Source: Barthelona sp. PAP020 (taxonomy: Eukaryota). From it: a DNA stretch of 44,089 nucleotides. Under the pieces are notes generated by a model that saw only the letters and a list, made by a program, of their open reading frames with translations, was not told where the DNA came from and did not search any database. The stretch is taken from contig JARQWU010000059.1 in NCBI GenBank assembly GCA_040182905.1, positions 1 through 44,089 on the forward strand, given 5' to 3'. The translations under genes and the position numbers were made by a program. Below, one piece after another: positions 19,119 to 28,743 of this stretch; position 1 is the first letter of the stretch, and each line of letters opens with the position of its first letter.

Positions 19119-22100
19119 TTATAATTTGACAATTGCAGATTCTTCCTGAATAAAGGTCATTATTCTTTGAGAAACAGGGTCCAGAAAATCAAAAAAATTT
19201 TTATTGAAAATATTTTCATTCACAAAAATAATGAAACACTTTCTAGGCCTTGTACTGGCAACAGTTAATCTTGGTGAAGCAAAGAAAAAGTTAAGTAATT
19301 CAATATCTAACAAATTACAAGATAAAGTAGAATAAATGGTGCAATCAGCTTCCATGCCTTGACCTTTATCCACTGTGTATGCTTTTGAAGAAGGTTCAAT
19401 TGATTTAAATGCGTTAAGTTGCATATTCTTGGCAAACAAAATAAGTTGAGAATGAGGTAAAGTGTTCTCATTTATCAATCTTAAGAACTGATCAATAATT
19501 CTCATTTCACCATGAACAGAAACGGTTGACTTAGTTTGGACCATGATAAGGGATGGAAGTGAAATTTGAGAAGGAAACCATTGAGTGAAATTGTCTGAAG
19601 GATTATCAACAACATTGATAGATTGATTTGCTGTAACTTCGTCTGCACAATGATAATCAGTATAAAGTAAAGAAGCCAACAACACTAACAAACTATTCAA
19701 TCGATAAGTCTTATTCAACTTCAATTTAGCTGGACCAACGATATTCTCAATTACATCCCAGGCTGAATAGTTGCTGATATTATTTAAATTGGAAAAATTT
19801 GACAATTGTTTAGGGTCGCCCACTAACAAGCATTGAAACTCCTTGTTGAAATTTAACAAACTGAAGGGAAATGTGAAATACCTATCGGCAAGCTGGGTAG
19901 CTTCATCCACTATCAACAAATCATATTTTGGAGCTTCTTTCAACCTATAACATTGATGAGCATTTGCAATAGTTACAAAACTCGAATATGAACGCATCTG
20001 TGTGTTTATTTTAACAGAAGAAGGTTCTAACTTCTTAAAACAGGTGAATGAATTGTCTTCTGAAACATTTTTATTTAAGAAGAAGAAACCACAATTGTCC
20101 AGCTCCAATTCTTGTACTTTTCTGTCAAGTCGTTCAGTTAACAATAAAGATTGAGAATTGGTAAAAGTAGAAATGAGAATTTTAATATTGGGCTCTGTTC
20201 TTAGCCTTTGAAGAACAAAGTTAACAATCTGCCAAGTTTTTCCTGAACCAGGTGGACCATGTAACAATACTAAACGTGACCTAGCAAATTCTTGTTCAAT
20301 TTTTTGAGTGTAAGCATTTTCTTCTTCTTTAACATCTTCATTGACCATCAACTTTTCAATTTTCTCTGAGCTTGGCGTGTAAAACTCTTTAGTTTGCATG
20401 AAAAAATCATTACAAATAGTGGAGGATTCCTTTAACTGTTCTAAAGTTTGCCGAATGAAAAAATTGGTGATTCTAGGTGCCATAACAACAAGATCACCCT
20501 TTTCAAATGGTAAAATATCCTTCGAAAAAGAAACAGTTACCTCATATGTGTAAATCAAGTGGTTGCCTTGAAAGACCAATGGTAATTTTTCAATCAAATC
20601 AACATTATTACTTTCTATCAAATGAAAATCTCCAACAATACTCGCCAATGCCAAAGAACATTCATTATTACCCAAAGAAATCACTTTATTTCCATTACGG
20701 TGATAAGTTAATGCTTCAAAAGCGGCTAAACTTTTAAAAGCTGGATCAATTGTTTTGTTTGATGATATTTTTCCAAATAAAACATGTTCATAAGCATAAT
20801 CCTCCAGTTTAATACTGGAAAGTACTATTACTTTTTTCTTAGGATTGACATTGGATCTGATTGACTTTATTTCATCTCCAATAAAACCAAATATATTGGT
20901 TTGATTGATAAAATTGGAGAACACAGAATTTTGACGTTTTGTGTTATTTAATTTGCACTCTTTCATGAATTCAAGAGCTTCCGTTGCCATAAACTTATTT
21001 GCTACTTGATTTTTATTGACTTTAACGAGAAATGGTCGATTATATGTAACATTGACAGAAAATTGATGCGATTCTGGTAATTTCAAAATTATTTTCTTCA
21101 CAAGTTTTTCTACAAAGGAAACATATCTAAAAAGCCCATCAAATGTATTCAATTCATCATTAAAATAACAATAGGCCCAATCTTCTAAAACACTAAATGG
21201 TTCATCTGGTAAATGAGCCATTTTTCCAATCAAGAATAAATCATGGCCAAAATCAATAGTAGAATATGAATCAATAAAATTTTCAACAATTTCAATGGAA
21301 CATTGATAGGGTTTGGATGGAAGAAATTTAAAATATGGCAAATATACTTGATCCGTTAATGTATTCTTAAAATTTAAGATTATATCAGTGTCATTTGGAA
21401 ATAACGCAAAAATAACTTCCGCAGTGGTTTTAACATGAATATTTCGCAAACATATTTCTTTGAAAAACTTCAAATCTGACAAATGTGGAAACCAAAACAC
21501 TAAAGTATTCTTTGGAAATTGTTGTAACATTTCGTTTAAATCCATAAGAAAACGGACTTCAAAACTATTGAAATTGTTAGAACTGTGTTCCTTTGAAATG
21601 GTTTTGTTGAATGAATAACTGCCAGACACAATTGAATATGCAGCCAGATGACCAAAGTATTCATCATGTTCTAACAACGAAAGAAATACATGCTTACAAT
21701 ATTTATATGGATAAAAAGGTAAATAAGCACGTTGTTTCAACAGTAAAGCTTCACAATCAATATGTTGAGCTTTTTGAGTATACTCAATCAACTCCATTAT
21801 TTCTTGATTGTTTATTCCCAATTTTTTAAACTTATGAATCTCGCCTGGTGATAAAAAGCATTGTAATACATCGATAATATCAGACTTCTTCCTAAAATCT
21901 TGTTTTTTAGCAAACGTAAGAACTGATTCTTTGGTGTTCTTGACAGAACAAATGTGGTCATTTTTAATACGGTCTCGTCGACAATTTATATAAAATGGAC
22001 AATTACGACATTTATTATAGTGAGGAATTGCATAATCCTCAACATCGAATAAACTATCACAAAACCAAGGTGGATAATCACCACAACAATTTGGATAATC

Positions 22101-22811
22101 ACGATTTCCAATAAATTCAGTAATTCTCTTCAAAGAGTCCAAAACAAAAGGAATATCCAAAGGTTTGAGAACCACTTTTGGTTCATCATCAGAAACTAAC
22201 CATATTTGACCCTCTTCTTTTATTGTATAATCATCCAATCCATATTCTTTCAATAAGCTTGTTAAATACAGAAAATAAAAGCTTAACTGATATGTATGAC
22301 TTTTACGTGATTTTCTGCTGTGTTTAGCATCAATTATAGTGATCTCATTTTTGTGGATTTTTAAAAAATCGGGAAAAGATCGAGTCAAGACAATTTGTTC
22401 CCTAAAACTAATGTTTCCAAACAATTTGCTAAACAATTCATCATTAGGTGAAGGAATTTCAGGTTGAAAAACAAAACATTCAACATTTTCTCGATTACTA
22501 TCTTTAATTTCTTTTAAAACATTGATAAATCTCTCATTAGATAATTTTTTTCCAACGGATTCATTATCTAAAAATACATTATCTTTCCCATACTTGTTTA
22601 TAAGAAAATCAATTATGGATTCTTCCCATTGTTCTCCTCGTTGTGCTCTAAAATTCATTAAACTTGAATCTTTGCTTCTTTTTTCATTTCCTCCAGAACG
22701 AAAAAATGATGGAATGAAAAATGGACAGTCAATAAATTCCAAATAAAAAGCAAATGTAGAAGGTCCTAAATATATCTTTTTTTGTTCATATTTTTTGGTT
22801 TTTTGGTTCAT
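19119..22811 (-). CDS. PD-(D/E)XK (RecB/Cas4-like, predicted 4Fe-4S) nuclease fused to a C-terminal SF1 Dna2/Upf1-family helicase, ~1230 aa
   Basis: Nuclease part: GPSTFAFY..DCP, RGEQWE, PDFL, IIDAK, HTYQLSFY, CRNCPFYINC. Helicase part: HGPPGSGKT (I), STFTN (Ia), LIVDEATQ (II), VGDPKQL (III), LNKTYRL, TVDKGQGMEAD (V), RLTVASTRPR (VI). The ORF-track start at 22865 is TTG; the first in-frame ATG is 22811. Confidence 0.88.
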   Translation of the reverse strand: MNQKTKKYEQKKIYLGPSTFAFYLEFIDCPFFIPSFFRSGGNEKRSKDSSLMNFRAQRGEQWEESIIDFLINKYGKDNVFLDNESVGKKLSNERFINVLKEIKDSNRENVECFVFQPEIPSPNDELFSKLFGNISFREQIVLTRSFPDFLKIHKNEITIIDAKHSRKSRKSHTYQLSFYFLYLTSLLKEYGLDDYTIKEEGQIWLVSDDEPKVVLKPLDIPFVLDSLKRITEFIGNRDYPNCCGDYPPWFCDSLFDVEDYAIPHYNKCRNCPFYINCRRDRIKNDHICSVKNTKESVLTFAKKQDFRKKSDIIDVLQCFLSPGEIHKFKKLGINNQEIMELIEYTQKAQHIDCEALLLKQRAYLPFYPYKYCKHVFLSLLEHDEYFGHLAAYSIVSGSYSFNKTISKEHSSNNFNSFEVRFLMDLNEMLQQFPKNTLVFWFPHLSDLKFFKEICLRNIHVKTTAEVIFALFPNDTDIILNFKNTLTDQVYLPYFKFLPSKPYQCSIEIVENFIDSYSTIDFGHDLFLIGKMAHLPDEPFSVLEDWAYCYFNDELNTFDGLFRYVSFVEKLVKKIILKLPESHQFSVNVTYNRPFLVKVNKNQVANKFMATEALEFMKECKLNNTKRQNSVFSNFINQTNIFGFIGDEIKSIRSNVNPKKKVIVLSSIKLEDYAYEHVLFGKISSNKTIDPAFKSLAAFEALTYHRNGNKVISLGNNECSLALASIVGDFHLIESNNVDLIEKLPLVFQGNHLIYTYEVTVSFSKDILPFEKGDLVVMAPRITNFFIRQTLEQLKESSTICNDFFMQTKEFYTPSSEKIEKLMVNEDVKEEENAYTQKIEQEFARSRLVLLHGPPGSGKTWQIVNFVLQRLRTEPNIKILISTFTNSQSLLLTERLDRKVQELELDNCGFFFLNKNVSEDNSFTCFKKLEPSSVKINTQMRSYSSFVTIANAHQCYRLKEAPKYDLLIVDEATQLADRYFTFPFSLLNFNKEFQCLLVGDPKQLSNFSNLNNISNYSAWDVIENIVGPAKLKLNKTYRLNSLLVLLASLLYTDYHCADEVTANQSINVVDNPSDNFTQWFPSQISLPSLIMVQTKSTVSVHGEMRIIDQFLRLINENTLPHSQLILFAKNMQLNAFKSIEPSSKAYTVDKGQGMEADCTIYSTLSCNLLDIELLNFFFASPRLTVASTRPRKCFIIFVNENIFNKNFFDFLDPVSQRIMTFIQEESAIVKL

Positions 22812-23104
22812 TTCGAAGAGAAAATCACTGAGTGAAAAAATCTTTGCGAGTTCTTTTAAAGGCAATCATCAACAAATCCAAAGTTTTTTAATTGTTTCTG
22901 TCTTCTATGAGCTATATATCATTAGTTTGAATAATTCTAGATTTTTCTTCAGCCAATTTTTCAAAATTTGAAAACTCGGATATCTGGCTCTTTTCCAATT
23001 TACAACAGACATAAGACAATTTAATTTAGTGATACCATTAATTGGTGAACTAATCATGAGAGAAAAAATAGATTGTATGAAAAACTTTATGTGCAAAACA
23101 AAAA

Positions 23105-24919
23105 CTATTTAAAAGAAACAGACGTGTACAAATGATGAACAAATATTTCAGCAGCTGTGTAAGAAGCAAATGCAGAAATCGAACTGACAAATAGAGAACC
23201 TAAAATAATGAATAAAACACACCAAATAAGCATGGAAAAGTTAAAAACCTGTGTATGTTTCAAAATAAAGTAAAAAATGCCTAAAAATAAATAAATACCA
23301 GTTGATGCACCAATGAAAAAACTACTCCATTGCCATAAATAATTCTCTTTATTTAAACAATAATAAACATACATCATGGTCACAATGGAAATCGTACACA
23401 CATATAACAATAATAAAATGAAAATGAAGGCTATTGAAATGGAAAAGCTTTTACCACCAATGAAATCAACAAGAAAAGACACAATATCAGCAAATATGAC
23501 AAGAGCAGGAATTATTCCCAAGAAAAATGGGGTGAGTCTGTTTAAAAACCAAGGTTGACGAGGAATTGGTCTTTTTAAATCAGATGCAACAATAGGAACT
23601 TTAATAGTTGGCAAATAAGAACCAAATAGAATTCCTAAAGTGTGTGGAAAGATGCTTAATATTGTTACTGTCAAGACAATAAGGATCAATCTTAAATTCG
23701 GCTCTGAAGCACCATGTTGGAATTTTGCCATAATAAATAAACAAAAAATACCCCAAAACAATATAAATGGAAGGGAAAAAACATGAAACACAGAAGAAAG
23801 TATTGAAAATGCCTTTGTTGAAGATCTCCATCGAAGATAACATGATGAGATAACGGTAGCTATAATATAAAATACAAAAATTGGAATAAAAACGTTCTTT
23901 AAAAAAAGGTAAGACAAATCATTAAACAGATTCCAGGCAATCGATAAAAGAACAGTTGCAAAAATGGTCAAACAGACTGATATTAACGAGTTCAAAAATC
24001 TTACATTAGTAGGTCGCCTAAAGACATCTCTTTTTAACATTTTCCAGCCACTTAGTTCAGTCAAAAAAATACTATCATTATCTTCTTCTTCTACATCTTT
24101 TGTTCTATCAAGTGAACGTTGATATGCTCGATTAAATAATAAATATGCACAAAGTAACAATAAAACTTGAATTATTGTTCCAGTGGCCAAAGACACAAAT
24201 TTAACTTCAGTTGGTAATCCAAGAGAATATTGACTCCATCTTCGAGAAATTGGATATTCAGGGTCCGTTGGTCCATGAATGATTTGAGCAAATGTAGCAG
24301 AATACTCAACATTTTCTGGATTCCCTATCATATAAAAATCATTTAAAACTACAGCTTTCACAGTAATAGGTATCAAAACATCTTTCTCAATCTCCCTTGT
24401 ATGTACTGTGAAATAAAAACTTGTGTGTAAATAGTATGTATCACCACTTCTATGTCCAATTGGAATTGATTCAGTCGTTTCATTACCCACTTCATAAATT
24501 ACTGGCAACGAACCAACAAATAATCGCATATAATATTCATTATCAATCAGAAATTTTAACATATCAACATCCACAACAGGACAAGATGTTGGAGTAATTT
24601 GTGAATTATTTTTATCAAAATCAAAGGAAAATGGAGTTGTATATGGAGTTGTAAACGTTAAAATATCTGTAAAAGTTGGTTCTTTTTCAACTACAGGAGA
24701 ATATTTTCCACAACCAATTGGCAAAGTCGAAAAATCCATTGGCATTTTAGATCCAAATGAAAATAATGAAGTTGTAGTCAAAACCATTTTGTCATTAATA
24801 CTATAATGATCAATGGTATGATCATTATCTTCACCAAAGAATCCCAAAATCAATATGGTAATCAAACTTAATAATACAATTCCAATTATCTTAAGTATCT
24901 TTTTCCAATTAAACTTCAT
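23105..24919 (-). CDS. TM9SF: Transmembrane 9 superfamily (nonaspanin/EMP70) protein, 604 aa
   Basis: N-terminal hydrophobic segment, lumenal IDNEYYMRLFVGSLPV, SGWKMLKRDVFRRP, RPIPRQPWF, YYCLNKENYLWQWSSFFIGAS, and about nine C-terminal hydrophobic helices. Confidence 0.9.
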   Translation of the reverse strand: MKFNWKKILKIIGIVLLSLITILILGFFGEDNDHTIDHYSINDKMVLTTTSLFSFGSKMPMDFSTLPIGCGKYSPVVEKEPTFTDILTFTTPYTTPFSFDFDKNNSQITPTSCPVVDVDMLKFLIDNEYYMRLFVGSLPVIYEVGNETTESIPIGHRSGDTYYLHTSFYFTVHTREIEKDVLIPITVKAVVLNDFYMIGNPENVEYSATFAQIIHGPTDPEYPISRRWSQYSLGLPTEVKFVSLATGTIIQVLLLLCAYLLFNRAYQRSLDRTKDVEEEDNDSIFLTELSGWKMLKRDVFRRPTNVRFLNSLISVCLTIFATVLLSIAWNLFNDLSYLFLKNVFIPIFVFYIIATVISSCYLRWRSSTKAFSILSSVFHVFSLPFILFWGIFCLFIMAKFQHGASEPNLRLILIVLTVTILSIFPHTLGILFGSYLPTIKVPIVASDLKRPIPRQPWFLNRLTPFFLGIIPALVIFADIVSFLVDFIGGKSFSISIAFIFILLLLYVCTISIVTMMYVYYCLNKENYLWQWSSFFIGASTGIYLFLGIFYFILKHTQVFNFSMLIWCVLFIILGSLFVSSISAFASYTAAEIFVHHLYTSVSFK

Positions 24920-25019
24920 GATAAATGTAATTATGCAAAAAATTGTATTTTTTTTTGTTAAACAATCAATAAAAAAATAATTTATTTTTCATTTAATTTT
25001 ACAAAACAGAAATAGATTA
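24920..25019. promoter_or_regulatory. Probable bidirectional promoter, 100 bp between divergent ATGs
   Basis: The TM9SF ATG (24919, -) and the solenoid-protein ATG (25020, +) face away from each other across an extremely AT-rich spacer of alternating A/T tracts. Confidence 0.5.
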
Positions 25020-28000
25020 ATGAGTTGGGATAACGAACATGATATTTCAATAGATTTGATTGAAGAATTATCAAATAGTGATTGTTATATTACCATATCT
25101 ATACAAAAAGAAATTATTAAAGCAATGAATGATAATAACAATAATGTTGATGATATTATAATGATATTAAAATCGATCAAAAAAGGGTTAAAAGATGATA
25201 ATAAATATCAAATGTTTATTTTAACATTATTTTCTTCATTATATACTGTTCGAAATGTCTTTTCAATTAATATTAACTTATTAACTGAATGTTTGAAACA
25301 ATTGATTGTGCTTGAAGAAATTGAAGAAAAATTGTGTGTTGAATATTTACCATTGGCATTTTATGATCAAATATTGTTTGATACGAAAGATAGAACGACG
25401 TTTTTAAAAAAATTGATAAGTTTTAAGTTGAAAAATACGTTTATTCCACAAAAGTTTGATATTTGTGATGATTCTTTCAGTTATATTCACTTATCGAATT
25501 TAATTTTTGATAGATTTACTAGAGGGATGATTGAAAATGATAGTTTAATCATTGGACTTATTCAAGAGAAGATGATTCCATTATCTAGGTTTTTAGAAGT
25601 TCTTTTTCATAGCATTATAGTGTTATTTACTCAAAATCCTGAAATATATAATCAACAAAAGGAAAAAATTGAAAAAGGCATAATATTTATTGAGATAAAG
25701 AAAGCTAATTTGAGTAAGGAGATATGTACCATCATCCTATTTTTATTAGAGCATTATGGAATAAATGCTAAGAAGAATGATTTGGCATTTGTACATTTAT
25801 TGTTATTGCTACTTGAATATGAATGTATAAATTATGTTGATTTATCACATTTATTGAATCTAATCACACCTATTGAAGAAATAATTAGTAAAAAGAAAGC
25901 TATTCCAAGAAATAGTGATATATGTCAGTTTATGTCAGTTTTTCGTCCAAAAGTTCCTGAAGAATTAAGTTGGTTAGCTTATCAATTCAAAAGAAATTGT
26001 TATTCCTTATTTTTTCAATTGATAGGTTTGATGTCTATTGATCAGATTGAACTTCTTTTATTAAGTAATATCAATCTATTTTATTTTGATTTACAAAGAT
26101 CAGAAATATTTACTGAACACTTTAAGCAACGATTATGTCTAGCAATCAAGTGTGGAAATGCTGAATTGGCATTGGCATTAATTAAATATATTCCTGTCAT
26201 TATCATTAACGATTATGAATTATTGAGTGATTGTATCATCTTATGTGGCAATCAAATTTTATATCTCTTATTACCTTTCTTATCATTCAAATTACCTACC
26301 TTACAATGTCTTATTTTATTGGAGAATTTGATTGACACTTTTGAATTAGATGATCAAATTGCTTTATTTGATAAAGTTGATGCATTTATTGATAATTACA
26401 CCAATAGATCAAATATCTTTTATAATTCAAGAAAATGTATTGAACAATGCGTTATTTTTTATTTAAATAAATTAACAAAGAGACAAATGAACGTTTGCAA
26501 AACCTATTTAAACTATTTTGCCAGAATTGACCCATTAACAACTTTGAAAATATTGACAAATACAATATATGGTTTGAGAAAAGGTCCTTTGATCAATTTA
26601 CATTTAGATTTGATTGATTCTTTCACTAACATTGCTAAACTTCATCTAGCAATAATTATGTTGAAACAATTGAAGAATAAAACATTGTTTCCGTATATTT
26701 TACCTTTATTCATTGAAAAATTCATTTTATTGTCTCCTAAGGTAATCATAACGTTTTTAAAACATTATATAATACAATTAAAAGAAATGAATACCAATTC
26801 TATTGAGCCTTTAACGTTAATATTTGGTTCAATTACAGGAGTTAAAAGAATGGATATTCATGGAATCAATCCTGAAGAATTGATGAAATTGGCTGGAAAA
26901 ATTGAATTAATCACATCAATTCCATCATTACCTTTCCAAAACAGTTTTCCTATTGTAATTGAAAAAATTAGAGAAGAAGATATCATTATCAATTTGACAA
27001 TAAATTGCCTAATTTTAGCTAATAAGTTGTCTTATGTGCAAAATAATGAGGATCAAAAAAATTTCTCTCTTTTGCTAACCTTATTTGAACAGATTGCTGA
27101 ATTCTGTAGATTATATAACATTAATCTTGCAAACATTAACATAGATCAGCTTCCAACACACTTAATCCCCTATTTTCTGTTGATTTGTCAAGGTTATCGT
27201 AATTTTAATTCTTTACCTTCTCAAAAGTTTGATGATATTCTGTCAAAAATGTATTCATCAGTGAAAAATCAATTTTTCAGTTTTGATCAATTCAAACTGT
27301 TGTGGTTTGCAGATTTATCTGAATTATACGATCCAAATGATATCTATGATTCTTCTGTCAATCAGAATATCTTGTTTGAACGTGATTCAATGACTCGGAA
27401 ACATCATCAAGCTTTGAGAATCATTCAATCGTTCAATTTTGAATCATTTAAATCGTCTCTTGATCAAGATGAGATCTCAATGAACACTTTCTTTAAAGGT
27501 ATTGTTTTGCAAAAGGCTAAATTAAGTGTTAGAGAAGCTTTAGTCACAGCAGAGTTTTTGATTAAGCTTTTCAAGTTGAATAACAATTTCCCCATCCATC
27601 AGTTTACTCTTTTGATGACCAAATCACTGATCGATATATTTTTTGGCTATACTGAGCGTGAAATTATCAATATTTCCATCTTTTACAATCGAATTCTAAA
27701 TTTCTTCAAGAAGAATTTAAAAGTTGAAATATTTGAAACTTCATTGAATGAACTTTTCGACGAAAACATTTCTTTTGAACATTTTTGTCACAGTTTTATT
27801 TCCAAATTTGTGGAGGAGATTGTTTCTCTGTTTGACATTGAAAAAATTCAATTATTTGTAATCAAATTTTTGGGAAATATTCTCCTTGATCTCCCAGCAA
27901 GCAAAGATCAATTTACAGCTATTTTAAATGCCATTGATGTGTTAAATGCTGAAGGTAAGTTATCTTTTAAGTCCATTCGCATGATGACTAGCAAACTTCA

Positions 28001-28526
28001 GAAAGATACATTATACAAAGCTGAATACTCTTTGTTACTTGATCCAACAACATTTGAAGATAATGAGGATGAAACAAATGATGTTCGTTTCCTTGAACAG
28101 GAATTTATTGAAGAAGAACAAGAAGTGGAGTTGGAAGAACAAGAAGAACAAGAACATCTTTTTGATGTGAAGGAAGATGATGATAAAAGACAAATGGAAC
28201 AGCAATTCGATGATGTTGTATTTGATGATGAAGATGATGAAGAAGTTAACGAGGAAGAATTTGAAGATGATGATGAGGAAAGACAAATAGAGCAGGAATT
28301 CAATGAGGCAGAATTTAATGAAGAAGACGATGAAGAAGTTTTTGAGGAAGAACTTGAAGAAGAGGAGGATGAAATTGAGCAACAAAAACTTGAAGATATG
28401 AATGAAGGTTTCAATATTGAAAATGAAAATAAAGTTGAAGACCAAAAACTTTTTGAAGAGTACAGTGATTTTATTGCAGATGAAAATGAACATGAAAATG
28501 AAGAATCACCATTAATGGATCAATAG
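25020..28526 (+). CDS. Large L/I-rich helical-repeat protein with acidic tail, 1168 aa; weakly FANCI-like
   Basis: Long ATG-initiated ORF with amphipathic-helix composition and a C-terminal D/E tract. The ORF is secure; the FANCI resemblance (EYLPLAFYDQILF, EICTIILFLL...AFVHLLLLL, QRSEIFTEHFKQRL) is weak and recalled, not aligned. Confidence 0.7.
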   Translation: MSWDNEHDISIDLIEELSNSDCYITISIQKEIIKAMNDNNNNVDDIIMILKSIKKGLKDDNKYQMFILTLFSSLYTVRNVFSININLLTECLKQLIVLEEIEEKLCVEYLPLAFYDQILFDTKDRTTFLKKLISFKLKNTFIPQKFDICDDSFSYIHLSNLIFDRFTRGMIENDSLIIGLIQEKMIPLSRFLEVLFHSIIVLFTQNPEIYNQQKEKIEKGIIFIEIKKANLSKEICTIILFLLEHYGINAKKNDLAFVHLLLLLLEYECINYVDLSHLLNLITPIEEIISKKKAIPRNSDICQFMSVFRPKVPEELSWLAYQFKRNCYSLFFQLIGLMSIDQIELLLLSNINLFYFDLQRSEIFTEHFKQRLCLAIKCGNAELALALIKYIPVIIINDYELLSDCIILCGNQILYLLLPFLSFKLPTLQCLILLENLIDTFELDDQIALFDKVDAFIDNYTNRSNIFYNSRKCIEQCVIFYLNKLTKRQMNVCKTYLNYFARIDPLTTLKILTNTIYGLRKGPLINLHLDLIDSFTNIAKLHLAIIMLKQLKNKTLFPYILPLFIEKFILLSPKVIITFLKHYIIQLKEMNTNSIEPLTLIFGSITGVKRMDIHGINPEELMKLAGKIELITSIPSLPFQNSFPIVIEKIREEDIIINLTINCLILANKLSYVQNNEDQKNFSLLLTLFEQIAEFCRLYNINLANINIDQLPTHLIPYFLLICQGYRNFNSLPSQKFDDILSKMYSSVKNQFFSFDQFKLLWFADLSELYDPNDIYDSSVNQNILFERDSMTRKHHQALRIIQSFNFESFKSSLDQDEISMNTFFKGIVLQKAKLSVREALVTAEFLIKLFKLNNNFPIHQFTLLMTKSLIDIFFGYTEREIINISIFYNRILNFFKKNLKVEIFETSLNELFDENISFEHFCHSFISKFVEEIVSLFDIEKIQLFVIKFLGNILLDLPASKDQFTAILNAIDVLNAEGKLSFKSIRMMTSKLQKDTLYKAEYSLLLDPTTFEDNEDETNDVRFLEQEFIEEEQEVELEEQEEQEHLFDVKEDDDKRQMEQQFDDVVFDDEDDEEVNEEEFEDDDEERQIEQEFNEAEFNEEDDEEVFEEELEEEEDEIEQQKLEDMNEGFNIENENKVEDQKLFEEYSDFIADENEHENEESPLMDQ
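28173..28355 (+). repeat. Two-copy coding tandem repeat (90/93 nt) in the acidic tail
   Basis: EDDDKRQMEQQFDDVVFDDEDDEEVNEEEF (28173-28262) and EDDDEERQIEQEFNEAEFNEEDDEEVFEEEL (28263-28355). Confidence 0.75.
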
Positions 28527-28743
28527 TGTGTTTTGTTTTGTAAATTCTTTTAATTTTTTATTTCATTAATGATTTTAAGAAGGCTTTCAGAAGAAGTTTA
28601 TTTGCTTCTTACAAAAACATACTTGTAAATGAAATATTTTACTTAATAAAAAGCTTTCATTTGCAGGAAAAATGTCGATTTACAAACAAACAAAAAAGTT
28701 ACAAACCTAAAAAGAATTTTTTTTTTCTCTAACCAAAAATTCA

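Noticed and set aside
21981..22811. Cas4-like domain as a sign of a CRISPR-Cas or casposon locus
   Set aside because: No repeat-spacer array, cas1, polymerase or terminal inverted repeats anywhere in the window.
22866..23096. 63-aa ORF or possible upstream exon of the nuclease-helicase
   Set aside because: The nuclease frame is closed by TGA TGA just upstream of 22865, no splice model bridges it, and the region contains the putative TM9SF 3' signal.
27998..28493. Poly-Ser and Phe/Ile-rich antisense ORFs
   Set aside because: Shadows of the GAA/GAT-rich acidic tail on the opposite strand.
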